From contig CAVURJ010000001.1 in assembly GCA_963743885.1 (NCBI GenBank), positions 12,949 to 76,948 on the forward strand: a DNA stretch of 64,000 nucleotides, in the 5' to 3' direction. Within the stretch, counting starts at the first letter, position 1, and the number at the start of each line of letters is the position of its first letter. This stretch comes from Candidatus Moraniibacteriota bacterium (GTDB taxonomy: Bacteria > Patescibacteriota > Minisyncoccia > Moranbacterales > UBA1568). Made by a program: the position numbers and the translations under genes. The notes below the pieces were generated by a model. The model had not been told where the DNA came from. It worked only from the letters and a program-made list of their open reading frames with translations, and searched no databases. Below are positions 26,081 to 36,323 of this stretch, piece by piece.

Positions 26081-27365
26081 ACTCATATCGAAGCGCTTCG
26101 AGGGCATGGATCTTGGCGGCACGGATAGCCGGGAAGATGCCAGTGACGAGCCCAAGCATGAAGATGAAGATAGCAATCGAGATGACGAAGACAGATGGCA
26201 TCTCAACAAAGTCCGTCGGCGAGACACCATACCGACCAGCCATCACGTTGATGCCGATATTGATACCCTTGGCTGCCGCATAACCGAAGGCGAGACCGAT
26301 ACCGCCGCCAAAGAAACTGATGAGGAACGCCTCGAAGATGAACATCTTGAAGATATCAGTACGCTTCGTCCCGAGCGCCTTCAGGATGCCGACCTCCTTA
26401 GTGCGCTGGAGGAGCGAGATACTCAAGGTATTGAGCATACCCATGGCGGAGATGGACATGATGATGACGCCGAAGACGACAAGCACAGCCCGGACGATGG
26501 AGAAGAAGGCATTGATATCAGCGACCGTATCGACGACGCTCTCCGTAACGAAGGCCGTCTGCTCGATACCGAGGCGCACCGGCTCGATGGACGCTTCATC
26601 CTTCACATGCACCTTGGCGAACTGGCCAGCCACCTTGCCGTAGCGCTTGCGGACCTCATCGATCGGGATATAGGCATAGACGGCATCATCCTTGGACTGG
26701 TCCCTCAGGATACCGGCGATGACGAGACGGCCTTCGGTAGCGATATCCGCTTCGTTTTTCGGCACCTCATCGACATCGGCAAGCATATCGGCCGTCACCA
26801 CGCCGGTGTACTCAATCTCCTTGCCCACTGCGTCTTCCGGATTGCCAAAGCCGAGGAGCTCGGCCAATTTCGGCGTGATAAGGATGGATCGACTTTCCGC
26901 GAACAGCTTATCGCGAAGCTCCTGAGAAGCATCGGATCGGGCCAGGTCGAGATAGTGCCGACTCACGGCATTGATGACGACATCCGTCTGCGCCTCGCCA
27001 TTGAAGAACTTGCCGCCGATTGAAGCGCGTACCTCTACCTGATCGATGCCCTCAATATTGGAAATGCGCTCAAGCGTCGTCTTATCGAGAAGCGCGAAGC
27101 TCTCGAGACTCTTATTGCTCACGTCGATGATATCGATCGGGTTGTTGTCGGTGACCTCGCGGATGACCATCCCCTGCACACCGAAGCCGAGCGAGATGAG
27201 GAGCGTGATGATACCGATACCAATGGCGACGCCACCAATGGTCAGCATCGAGCGCATCCGGTTCGAGAACATGTTGCGATACCCGATGAAAAGAATCGTC
27301 GAGAGACGCATATGTGCGAACGGCTCCGAGCCATCGCGACTGTCTTTCAGAAATGGGATCTTCAT
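26079..27365 (-). CDS. ABC transporter permease, FtsX/MacB-like
   Basis: 428 aa. N-terminal TM, extracytoplasmic domain, C-terminal FtsX 3-TM bundle. Start overlaps the upstream ATPase gene. Confidence 0.8.
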   Translation of the reverse strand: MKIPFLKDSRDGSEPFAHMRLSTILFIGYRNMFSNRMRSMLTIGGVAIGIGIITLLISLGFGVQGMVIREVTDNNPIDIIDVSNKSLESFALLDKTTLERISNIEGIDQVEVRASIGGKFFNGEAQTDVVINAVSRHYLDLARSDASQELRDKLFAESRSILITPKLAELLGFGNPEDAVGKEIEYTGVVTADMLADVDEVPKNEADIATEGRLVIAGILRDQSKDDAVYAYIPIDEVRKRYGKVAGQFAKVHVKDEASIEPVRLGIEQTAFVTESVVDTVADINAFFSIVRAVLVVFGVIIMSISAMGMLNTLSISLLQRTKEVGILKALGTKRTDIFKMFIFEAFLISFFGGGIGLAFGYAAAKGINIGINVMAGRYGVSPTDFVEMPSVFVISIAIFIFMLGLVTGIFPAIRAAKIHALEALRYE

Positions 27366-28144
27366 ACGGTTTCTGTTCCAGTTTCACTCCTATCTTCCGA
27401 TGGCGTCTCTTCGCCCATATCGTCCTCGATCGCATCGATGGAATGCTGGTTGACGATGTCCGACGTGATCCGGCCATCCACCATATTAACGATACGCGAG
27501 CCGAACTTATACTGGTCGATGTTGTGCGTAACCATCATGATGGTGATGCCGAACTTCCTCGAGATATCACGAAGGAGCGTCATGAGCGTCTCACCGGCCT
27601 TGAGATCAAGGTTGCCAGTCGGCTCATCCGCGATGATGAACTTCGGGTTGAGGAGAAGCGACCGGGCGAGCGCGATACGCTGCTGCTGGCCACCAGAAAG
27701 ATCGTACGGGCGATGATTGGCCCACTCCCCCATACCGACGAGCTCGATCAGCTTGGCCGCATCTGGAATGCTCTCGTTAAAAGTCTTGCCGCCGATAACG
27801 CCCGGGATAGCGATATTCTCGATGACGGTAAGCGACTTGATCCAGAACGGCTGCTGCGGGATGAAACCGATATTTTTGTTCCGGAAATTCGCGCGCCACT
27901 CCTTGGTCTTGGCCCAGATATCATCCTTCTCGATGAAGACCGTGCCTTCAGTCGGATTTTCCAGACCGTAGACTGAGTGGAGCAGTGTCGATTTGCCGCA
28001 GCCGGACGGCCCGACGAGCAACACAAACTCGCCTCGATGCACTTCGAGGTCGATACCATGAAGCACCGCGATATCCTGCGTGCCCACATGGAAGCTCTTC
28101 TTGAGCCCTACTACCCTGATAACGACTTCCTTCTCTTCTGGCAT
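27362..28144 (-). CDS. ABC transporter ATP-binding protein (MacB/LolD-like)
   Basis: 260 aa. Walker A GPSGCGKST, signature LSGGQQQRIALAR, Walker B IIADEPTGNLD. Confidence 0.9.
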   Translation of the reverse strand: MPEEKEVVIRVVGLKKSFHVGTQDIAVLHGIDLEVHRGEFVLLVGPSGCGKSTLLHSVYGLENPTEGTVFIEKDDIWAKTKEWRANFRNKNIGFIPQQPFWIKSLTVIENIAIPGVIGGKTFNESIPDAAKLIELVGMGEWANHRPYDLSGGQQQRIALARSLLLNPKFIIADEPTGNLDLKAGETLMTLLRDISRKFGITIMMVTHNIDQYKFGSRIVNMVDGRITSDIVNQHSIDAIEDDMGEETPSEDRSETGTETV

Positions 28145-28197
28145 ACTGCCGATTCACCGATTACCCTCCTAAGTAACTGTCCACATTCTCATCGCCA

Positions 28198-31100
28198 CTA
28201 ATTCCCGTTCAATCTCGCAATCCATCCGAAATTATTGAGGAACGTCCTCGTGATCACTTCGGTTGCATTGGCCTTGGACTGCTCTACCGGCACCGTTGCC
28301 GCATCCGATACTGTCTTATTGCCGGCTTCGTCGGTCGCCTCAATCTGATAGCTGTAGACATCGCCCGCCTCGGCCGGAATAGTGATCAGATGGTAGGTAT
28401 TGAGCGAATCGTCGCTCGTCGACTGTTCGAAGGACTTGGTGACAATGCCCTTGGCATAGGCCACATGAAGCCGAGACGGCTCGTCGGTCTCGATCTTGAT
28501 ATAGACGTTCGCCTGCGCGGCGGCACCGCGACCAGAGACGCGTCCCATCGCCTTGTTGGAGACGATTTTCGGCGGGCGCGAGTCAGTGCGCGTCGTAATC
28601 TTCTGCTCATACGGAGTCGCCTGAATGGCATACTGATCCTTACCGGTGACAGTGACCACATACTCCACCGCCGGATCGAGATCCGTGATCTCTGCAGCGT
28701 GCTCCGTCCCCAGGTCTTCTGTCAGATACGTACCCGTACCGCCAGCCACTGATTTGTAGTATACCAGAGTCGACGTCGGCACATTGGTCTTGTACGCGAT
28801 GGTAATGGTCGGCAGGTCGACATTCTCCTTGTTCTCAATGAGCACATCAGACACGACCGGCTCTTCCGGCGTCGAGAAGGAATACTCATCCGATGAGAAC
28901 GTATTGAGATCACCATCGATACAGCTAATCTGCACACGGTATGACGAGGCTGGAGAAAGCTGATCGATCTGCTGCACGTGTCCCGATCCACCCGTCTCTT
29001 CCTCGATAGTAAACGAACCGTACTCGAGGGTACACGTAGCACTCACATTGGTCTCCCATTTCACGTAGGCCGTATTGAGCTTGATATCGGTCACGGTCAC
29101 TTCCGAAATGACCGGCGGCGGCAGCGTCTCAAACGTGCTAATCTCAGACGTGCCGATGTTGCCGTCCGGATCGATATACTTCACACGATAGTAATACTTG
29201 GTCCCGGCATCCAAGCCCTTGGTGATGACCTCATGCGTCGTCACCGAATCCACCTGGCCAGTCGTCTCACCGAGCGAGATGGCCTTGCCATACTCAATGA
29301 ACGAGCTCGCGACACGATCCGTAGCCCATTTAAATGTCGCCTGATACGACTGCGTCACATAGCTCGGTGTACCAACAAGCTTCGGCGCCGTCGTATACTT
29401 GCCGGTCGGAATGATCGAGACCGTCGACGAAGCGGCTGAGTAGTTACTCGTCTTGTCCTTGGACTTCACATAGTAGTAGTACAACCGGCTCTCAAGCGTC
29501 GTATCGCCGGAAGGCAAGAGAATCTCGCCGGAGTCCACGTACGCGCTACCCGTCGTCTTGGCGATCTCAGTGAATGAGACGTTATCATCGGAACGATAGA
29601 TCACGAAGCCGTCGAAGTTGGCCTGATCGATGCCGTCCGGACGTGCCCACTTAATGGCGATGCCGTACTTAGAATTCTCACGATCGGACGTATCGAAGAT
29701 CTGCACGTTGCCCGGGATCGGTGGATTGCTCGTATCAGCCGTGAACGGGATGACGGCGTAGTTGCCGTACTCGATATTGCCCGCCTCATCCTCAGCGACT
29801 ACGAAGAAGAGATTCTCGCCCTTCTGGGTGGCGAAGGCGCTCGGTCCAGCCGATTCAATAGTGGTTGAGACGGAGTTGTTGGCTGTCGGCAGCACATTGA
29901 CCGCATAATGATACACCAGCCCGGTCGGATCGCCAGCGAACGATGACGGCTGGTCCCACGAGAAGGAGAATGAGTTCTCAGTCGAGGTCGCTGGACTCAC
30001 AGCAAGGTTCTGCGGCGGCGTCGGAGCGCTCGCGCTGAAATAGTATTCCTGCATGAGCGACGCCGAAGCGTTGCCAGCGCCATCCACAGCCCGCAAGTAA
30101 AACTTGTTCTTGCCGGACTGATAGGCGCCAACGATATGATCGACATTCGGGAGCGCGAGCGACACCTGGGCGGTATCGGTGATATCGATCCAGGTATCTG
30201 TCACATCGCCATCCGTGCGGTACTGGAGCTTGGTAATGCCGGAGAAAAGATCGGATGCATCAGCTGCCCAAAGGAAGGTGTAATTGTCGGATGCTGTATA
30301 ACCGGTCGGAGTGACAGAGATGGTCGACGGCGCGGACGGCGCGATATTGTCGAATTTGTATGTGAACGCGGCATACGGCGTCGCCGGGGTCATGCCAGCA
30401 TTGTCCTCCGCCGAAATGCGGAGGTAATAGGTCTGTCCAGCCGAAAGCGTCCCGGCGGTATACGTGGTACCGGTCTGGAAAGTGACTGGGTCCCCATTCA
30501 CATCGGTACCGAAATACACATAGTAGCCAGCGATGCCGGAACCACCGACACCGTCTGTCGCACCCCCGACCGCGTCAGCTGCCGGCCACTCAAAGTGTGG
30601 CGCCACATGGTTGTACCAGGTATTTGCTGTGATAGATGCTGTCTTAGCGGCCGACGAATATGCGGAAACAGCGCTCGGATTGGTCGGCACTGCCATATCC
30701 TGATAGTAACTCACCGAATAACTTGCGACTGTCGGCGAGAAGATGCGATCAGATGATGAGAGATTCGCACGCACCTGGATATAGCCGTCCGGATCGGAAT
30801 TGATCTTGAACGCATGCGACGTGCCGATGGTCTGCTCATTGGACACCGCCACCCACTCGGACCAGGCAGCGCCATCCGGTGATGTGCGCGTCTCGAAGGA
30901 AACGAACGTGTTGTCCGGCTCAGTATAATCGACGGTCAGATTGCCCCACTTGTAGACCGAGACGAGATTGATCGCTTCCGAGGTATACGTGCCGGTCTTC
31001 TGGAAGCCGGTGCCATTACCCGATGAACTCACCACGTAGCTATAGAGGCCGTCCGGATACGAATTGGTACCATTACCAGCAGAAACCCAGTGGCGGCTAC

Positions 31101-34100
31101 TTGTATTCGTGATGAAACCACCGACATTGACCTGGGCTGGAATAGCAGTCACAGATGCCCACGTACCAGCAAGGCCATCCGCGATACGATACCGGTAGAT
31201 ATCAGCTGTATTGGTACCATGCGTCACATAGAGGTAGCCATCGCCGCCATCCACGATGCCGCCGCCAGTATTGATGGTGGCTGGAAGGTTCGGCAAAGTC
31301 GCCCAGGCTTCCGGGGATGGTGTGTAACGATAGATAGTATTAGTACCGCCACGCATCGAATAGATGTAGCCGCCACTGTACACCATACTTCCGCCAGTCG
31401 TTGGGAGGAGCGAAGCATTGGCGAGGAGTGCCGCCGACCAGCGCGATCCAGCGACCGCATTGAGATCATAACGCCACCAGGTGCTCGTACCGGTACCGCG
31501 CGTCAAATAGATATAACGCGATCCATCATAGGTCATGCTCGAACCAGCACCCACCGGGAGCGGCGGCTGATCAAGCGTGAGCTCGGTCCAGACATTGGTC
31601 GCGACATCGTACTTGTAGAAATAATCGCCCTTGCCGCTCGCGCGTGAGATACGGAGCGTGCCCGGCGAATAATAGATCTCATCGCGATCAGTCGCGTAGA
31701 CCATCGACACGCCGCCATTGTTGGCATCTTGCCAACCCCAAGCACCGACTGGCAGCCGCGCGAGATCGGTCGTTGTACCAGACGCCGCATCATAACGCAC
31801 GAAGAGATTATCATAACCGCCACGGGTCATATAGATATTATCGCCGCCATCCCCTACACCATACGCGCCATAGGTGAACGGGAAGTACGATGATCCTCCG
31901 GGGATAGACGGGCCGAAGAAGCCCTTATTCGGGGTCTCCCAGGAAGACTCGGCAATATTGTAGCGATAAACGTTGGTCGTACCAGCGCCACGCGTCGCGT
32001 AGATATAGCCGCTATAGATGACCTGTGCCGCGCCCTGATCAAAGCCGACCGGGGTATCCGGCAGCTGTGACCACTCGTTCGTGCCGACATCATAACGGAA
32101 GTAGTTGTCGATACGGTTGCCACGCGTCACATAAATATTGTCGGTCTCTGTATCGTAGGCGATACTGCCACCGGTATAGACACCGACCGGTGCCTGAGCG
32201 AGCACCGTCCAGGTATTGGCCGTCTCACCGTACGCTGCATCCGTCGCGATGGAATACTTGGCAAGATACGGATAGTAATTGCCCTGGATGACATAGATAT
32301 TGTTACGACCGTCATAGGCGCTATCCGACCCGTAGCTGGTCATCTGACCATCGGCGGCGTTCGGATTGCCGAACTGTGCGTTCGCCCGGGCTGACCAGCT
32401 GTCATTCACCGTATCATATCGATAGAAAGCATCGTCGCTGCCCGGCAGGCCATAGATATAGCGCGACCCGTCATAAGCGAGCGAGCCGCCAATATAGAAG
32501 TTCTTCGGCGCGCTCGAGACGGCCGACCACGTACCAGCCGCGATATCGTACTTCCAGAAAGTCGGCAGGTTGTTACCCTGCGTCGCATAGAGATAGCCTT
32601 CTGCGCCAGCAACGATTGATCCACCATAACTCACAATGGCTGGCGTCGATGTAAGCGTCGTCCAGGTATCAGTCGACGGCGTGTAACGGTAGAATCCGGT
32701 CTGTCCGCCGCCACGGAGCACATAGATATAGTCGATGCCACCATACGTCGCCTTGACCGCATCACCACCATAATTGATGGTGCCCGTCGCATACGTGAGA
32801 CGCGACTGATTCCAGAAGCCCGAACCAGAGGCGAGCGAGAGGCGGAGCGCATCTGGCACATCGGATGCAGAAACATTCTCGAGCGTACCGGCTGAGAAAT
32901 GCGCCTGAGTCGTCTTGGTCTCGATAAGCGCCGGGGAGACGCCGGCATAGACATACGTGAAGGCAGCATATGCGGAGGCACTCACGTTGCCGTTGCCGTC
33001 TTTCGTCTTGATGCGGAGGTAGTACGTGCCAGCATCCATCGCACGATTGACCTCATACGTCGCTCCTGCCTGATATGAACCATCTGTCTCCGGATCGGCA
33101 CTCGCATTTGGACCGAAATACACGTAGTACCCAGAGACACCCGCCTCCGGGCTCGAAGCACCCGAGAATGAGAAGTATGGATGCTCATACGGATAGGATT
33201 GCCCCGAAGACAGCGTCGTTCCTCCACTCACTGAATAGGCGTTCACTGCTGTCGGGTTGGTCGGCAACGTATCGGAATTATTGTACGTGATGTCATAATC
33301 ATAGACCGTTGGTGTGCTCGCGCCATCCGTCGTCGAAAGCGTAATGCGCACTTGGATGTATCGCTGGGCTGGCGACGCGATCGTCGTACCCGAGACCGCC
33401 TCCCATGACGACCATGACGAAGCATCTGTGCTCGTGCGTGTCTCATAGACAATCGCGGTATTGGCCGGCGTCGCATCAGTCGCCTCAAACGATACCCAGT
33501 TCGAAGCCTGCGATACATCAATTGCCTCACTCATGTACACGCCTGAGGCGGTAAAGTTTTGTGCGCCCGCGGTATAGCTCCACATGTCGGTCGTCCCCTG
33601 GCCCGTGAGCGCATAGAAAGAGCTCCCGCCCGCATATTCGATATTGGCGCCATTGTACGGGCCGCGACCATAGAGGTACTTCTGGTTCGACGGCAGGAGC
33701 CGCCACGTATCGGTCGAAATGGTGTACTCCCATGTCTCGTCTTTGTAGAGACCGGCGAGCGCATAGATCTTGCCATTTGCATGGGTCAGATCCGTACCGT
33801 AGTACTGATTGAACGGCGTCGAAGCAACCTCGGACCAGGTGCCGGCCACAGTGTCGTACTTGAGAAACACCGTCTCACCATCACCCATCGTAGCGAAAAG
33901 ATTCGTCCCGTCCGAGACGAGCCGAGCACCGGCGTAAGCACTATACGTGACACCGCTCACGGTTATCGCAGCATTCGTCGTCCAAGCAAGCGTCGCACTA
34001 TTCGGACTACTATAGAGCGTCGAGGTACCGATGCCGCGAAGTACATAGACCCGGTCATTAGAAGCATTGTACGCCGCACTCGTGCCGTGCGATCCGGTCG

Positions 34101-36135
34101 CAGGCAGCACCGTCATCGCGGCCCACGTATTGGTCGAGATGGTATAGCGATAGAACGTCGTTGTGCTATTGCCAAGCGGATAATAGATATAGTCCCCAAC
34201 GAGCGTACCGGTCGTATCCTGCGTCGGCACCAACGGAAGACTTGCGAGTGTCGTCCACGTATTGGATGCCACATTGTAGCGATAGAAGCCGGCTGTCCCG
34301 CCGCGCACCGCATAGACGTACGAGCCGGCGCCGGTCACGCCGTTCCAAAGCAGATCACTGCCCGTCCCCATCGTGATGGTATTATTCACCACCTGCTGCG
34401 GACCAACCCAATCCCCGGTCGTCCCGAGCGCCGGATCAAACTTCCAGAAGTCATACGTGCCGGATGAACGAAGCACGTAAAACTGGCCATCGGATTCATT
34501 ATAGGAAATCGGCACGTTATCCGCCGTCGCCGGAGCAGTATTGAGTACTGTCCAGGTATTGCTCGCGATAGTATACCGCAGGAAGGCATTAGTAGCCGCC
34601 GAGCGCATGTAGTAGATATGGCCGTTGGCATACGCGCCCTTCTGATTACCATTGAAGAGATAGCCAGACGTGATATTTGCCATCGCTGACCAGGTGTTCG
34701 TCGCGATACTGTACCGGTAAAAGGTCAGTGTGTTGCCACCACGCGGCGTATAAAGATAACCGTCCTCGCCATAGACCAGGCTCGCACCAGTCGAAGCTGA
34801 TCCCGAGATTGGCGCGAGCGACTGCCACTCGCCGGCCGAGACATCATAACGCCAAAAGTCCGTACTGCCATTGCCACGAAGCACATACGGATCCGTCCCA
34901 TCGAAGCCGATGCTGCCACCGGTCCAGATGGTATCGAGGAGATCCGGCAACGCCGCCCACGTATCCGTCGCCGTATCGTAGTGATAAAACTTCTTCGAAT
35001 AGCCGCCGAGGATGGCATAGATACCGTCCGCTCCGTCCGAGACCATGCTCGATCCGTAATACGCTGGGAAGGGCAGATCACCAAGCTCCGTCCATTCATT
35101 GAGCACGGAATCATACTTCCAAAAGGCCTTGTCGGCGTAACCGCGCATCACATAAAGATCGCTCCCGACAAAAGCCGAGCTTGATCCCTGGCCGATGGAA
35201 TCCGGCGGCTGCGTCCACGTGCGAGCGGCCCAGGTGCCCTGCGAAGCGAGCTGTATCGCATCCGTAGAACTATCAAGCGAAACATCCGTAACTGCACCAC
35301 GTCCCCACTCCGCCTCGGTGCTCACCGACTTCGTGAACGGAGCGCCAGAAACATTCATCCCCCAGATATAGACCATCGCGACCGCTGTGATCGCGACGCC
35401 ACCACGCCATGAGAGCGCGCGGACAAGACGGAGCATCCCGAGCAACTTACGGCCGGAAAATCCGAACGCTGTACGAATCGTCTTGTGCCGATGATACGAC
35501 CGGCCATAGCTTTCCTTACGTGAGACTTCGTAGCGCGTAAGGAATTCTCCAAGGTCTTTCGCATCAATAGGCAGCTCTACCTTCGGCTCCTCTCGAGCGA
35601 AGAATGTCTCATGGAAATCAGCCTGCTGCCGCTTGAAAAATCGAGAAAAATCCGCCTTCAATCGGCTCACTGTCGCAGAAATATCTGGTTTCTTCCAAGA
35701 CTTCCGGGCTGGGCGCGGCAGGACAACCCGCTTGATTGCCGGCTGATAGCTCATCCATCGCCTCGTACGACGAGAAAGCTCTGTCTCCTCATCGAGTGAT
35801 CCACACTCCCATGCGATTGCTTTCTTCTTTCGATTTTCCTTAGCAGCAATCGTCTTTTTGAGGGCCGCAAAAGACGGCGCTTCGGCACCGGATAATACGT
35901 TCTTTTTCGCTTGTGTTTTTGCCTTTCCGATCATTTCCGAATCCGTGAGAGAATGCACCAAAACAAAAGATCTTTCCTCTCCAGAATGACGCGCAAAAAA
36001 CGCAAAAAATCCGGACGATCTTCCACTTATGATTATAACACTTTTTTCCCAGCAAGAAAGCAAAAAAACAACCAAAAGAAACGCCCTTCCGGGCAACAAA
36101 AACCATCTCAGCATCACATGAACGACAGACGACAA
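28198..36135 (-). CDS. giant extracellular repeat protein (2645 aa): N-terminal anchor, many Kelch/beta-propeller-like blades, FN3/Ig-like modules towards the C-terminus
   Basis: Dozens of ~50-aa repeats of the form ...G(T/S)xDFWRYDxxxxxWxxL... (FYRYSIATNTWSAM; FWKYDIAAGTWSAVS; and others). C-terminal beta-sandwich repeats (PPVISEVTVTDIKLNTAYVKWETN...). The true start is probably internal: a TM helix lies near aa 240. Confidence 0.7.
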   Translation of the reverse strand: MSSVVHVMLRWFLLPGRAFLLVVFLLSCWEKSVIIISGRSSGFFAFFARHSGEERSFVLVHSLTDSEMIGKAKTQAKKNVLSGAEAPSFAALKKTIAAKENRKKKAIAWECGSLDEETELSRRTRRWMSYQPAIKRVVLPRPARKSWKKPDISATVSRLKADFSRFFKRQQADFHETFFAREEPKVELPIDAKDLGEFLTRYEVSRKESYGRSYHRHKTIRTAFGFSGRKLLGMLRLVRALSWRGGVAITAVAMVYIWGMNVSGAPFTKSVSTEAEWGRGAVTDVSLDSSTDAIQLASQGTWAARTWTQPPDSIGQGSSSAFVGSDLYVMRGYADKAFWKYDSVLNEWTELGDLPFPAYYGSSMVSDGADGIYAILGGYSKKFYHYDTATDTWAALPDLLDTIWTGGSIGFDGTDPYVLRGNGSTDFWRYDVSAGEWQSLAPISGSASTGASLVYGEDGYLYTPRGGNTLTFYRYSIATNTWSAMANITSGYLFNGNQKGAYANGHIYYMRSAATNAFLRYTIASNTWTVLNTAPATADNVPISYNESDGQFYVLRSSGTYDFWKFDPALGTTGDWVGPQQVVNNTITMGTGSDLLWNGVTGAGSYVYAVRGGTAGFYRYNVASNTWTTLASLPLVPTQDTTGTLVGDYIYYPLGNSTTTFYRYTISTNTWAAMTVLPATGSHGTSAAYNASNDRVYVLRGIGTSTLYSSPNSATLAWTTNAAITVSGVTYSAYAGARLVSDGTNLFATMGDGETVFLKYDTVAGTWSEVASTPFNQYYGTDLTHANGKIYALAGLYKDETWEYTISTDTWRLLPSNQKYLYGRGPYNGANIEYAGGSSFYALTGQGTTDMWSYTAGAQNFTASGVYMSEAIDVSQASNWVSFEATDATPANTAIVYETRTSTDASSWSSWEAVSGTTIASPAQRYIQVRITLSTTDGASTPTVYDYDITYNNSDTLPTNPTAVNAYSVSGGTTLSSGQSYPYEHPYFSFSGASSPEAGVSGYYVYFGPNASADPETDGSYQAGATYEVNRAMDAGTYYLRIKTKDGNGNVSASAYAAFTYVYAGVSPALIETKTTQAHFSAGTLENVSASDVPDALRLSLASGSGFWNQSRLTYATGTINYGGDAVKATYGGIDYIYVLRGGGQTGFYRYTPSTDTWTTLTSTPAIVSYGGSIVAGAEGYLYATQGNNLPTFWKYDIAAGTWSAVSSAPKNFYIGGSLAYDGSRYIYGLPGSDDAFYRYDTVNDSWSARANAQFGNPNAADGQMTSYGSDSAYDGRNNIYVIQGNYYPYLAKYSIATDAAYGETANTWTVLAQAPVGVYTGGSIAYDTETDNIYVTRGNRIDNYFRYDVGTNEWSQLPDTPVGFDQGAAQVIYSGYIYATRGAGTTNVYRYNIAESSWETPNKGFFGPSIPGGSSYFPFTYGAYGVGDGGDNIYMTRGGYDNLFVRYDAASGTTTDLARLPVGAWGWQDANNGGVSMVYATDRDEIYYSPGTLRISRASGKGDYFYKYDVATNVWTELTLDQPPLPVGAGSSMTYDGSRYIYLTRGTGTSTWWRYDLNAVAGSRWSAALLANASLLPTTGGSMVYSGGYIYSMRGGTNTIYRYTPSPEAWATLPNLPATINTGGGIVDGGDGYLYVTHGTNTADIYRYRIADGLAGTWASVTAIPAQVNVGGFITNTSSRHWVSAGNGTNSYPDGLYSYVVSSSGNGTGFQKTGTYTSEAINLVSVYKWGNLTVDYTEPDNTFVSFETRTSPDGAAWSEWVAVSNEQTIGTSHAFKINSDPDGYIQVRANLSSSDRIFSPTVASYSVSYYQDMAVPTNPSAVSAYSSAAKTASITANTWYNHVAPHFEWPAADAVGGATDGVGGSGIAGYYVYFGTDVNGDPVTFQTGTTYTAGTLSAGQTYYLRISAEDNAGMTPATPYAAFTYKFDNIAPSAPSTISVTPTGYTASDNYTFLWAADASDLFSGITKLQYRTDGDVTDTWIDITDTAQVSLALPNVDHIVGAYQSGKNKFYLRAVDGAGNASASLMQEYYFSASAPTPPQNLAVSPATSTENSFSFSWDQPSSFAGDPTGLVYHYAVNVLPTANNSVSTTIESAGPSAFATQKGENLFFVVAEDEAGNIEYGNYAVIPFTADTSNPPIPGNVQIFDTSDRENSKYGIAIKWARPDGIDQANFDGFVIYRSDDNVSFTEIAKTTGSAYVDSGEILLPSGDTTLESRLYYYYVKSKDKTSNYSAASSTVSIIPTGKYTTAPKLVGTPSYVTQSYQATFKWATDRVASSFIEYGKAISLGETTGQVDSVTTHEVITKGLDAGTKYYYRVKYIDPDGNIGTSEISTFETLPPPVISEVTVTDIKLNTAYVKWETNVSATCTLEYGSFTIEEETGGSGHVQQIDQLSPASSYRVQISCIDGDLNTFSSDEYSFSTPEEPVVSDVLIENKENVDLPTITIAYKTNVPTSTLVYYKSVAGGTGTYLTEDLGTEHAAEITDLDPAVEYVVTVTGKDQYAIQATPYEQKITTRTDSRPPKIVSNKAMGRVSGRGAAAQANVYIKIETDEPSRLHVAYAKGIVTKSFEQSTSDDSLNTYHLITIPAEAGDVYSYQIEATDEAGNKTVSDAATVPVEQSKANATEVITRTFLNNFGWIARLNGN

Positions 36136-36323
36136 TATATGGCCTATACAAGCCTCAAATTACAAATTTCATGACGCTGGATTATCAATTATCAATTTTT
36201 CAATGTGATCCACCAATCGAAGATACGAGAAACTATACCCCAGACTCTTCCCATAGAGCCGAAAAAAGACTAGGATAGGATGGTAATTTGTCCCGTACGC
36301 GGGATTTTTGATTAGCAAAGATT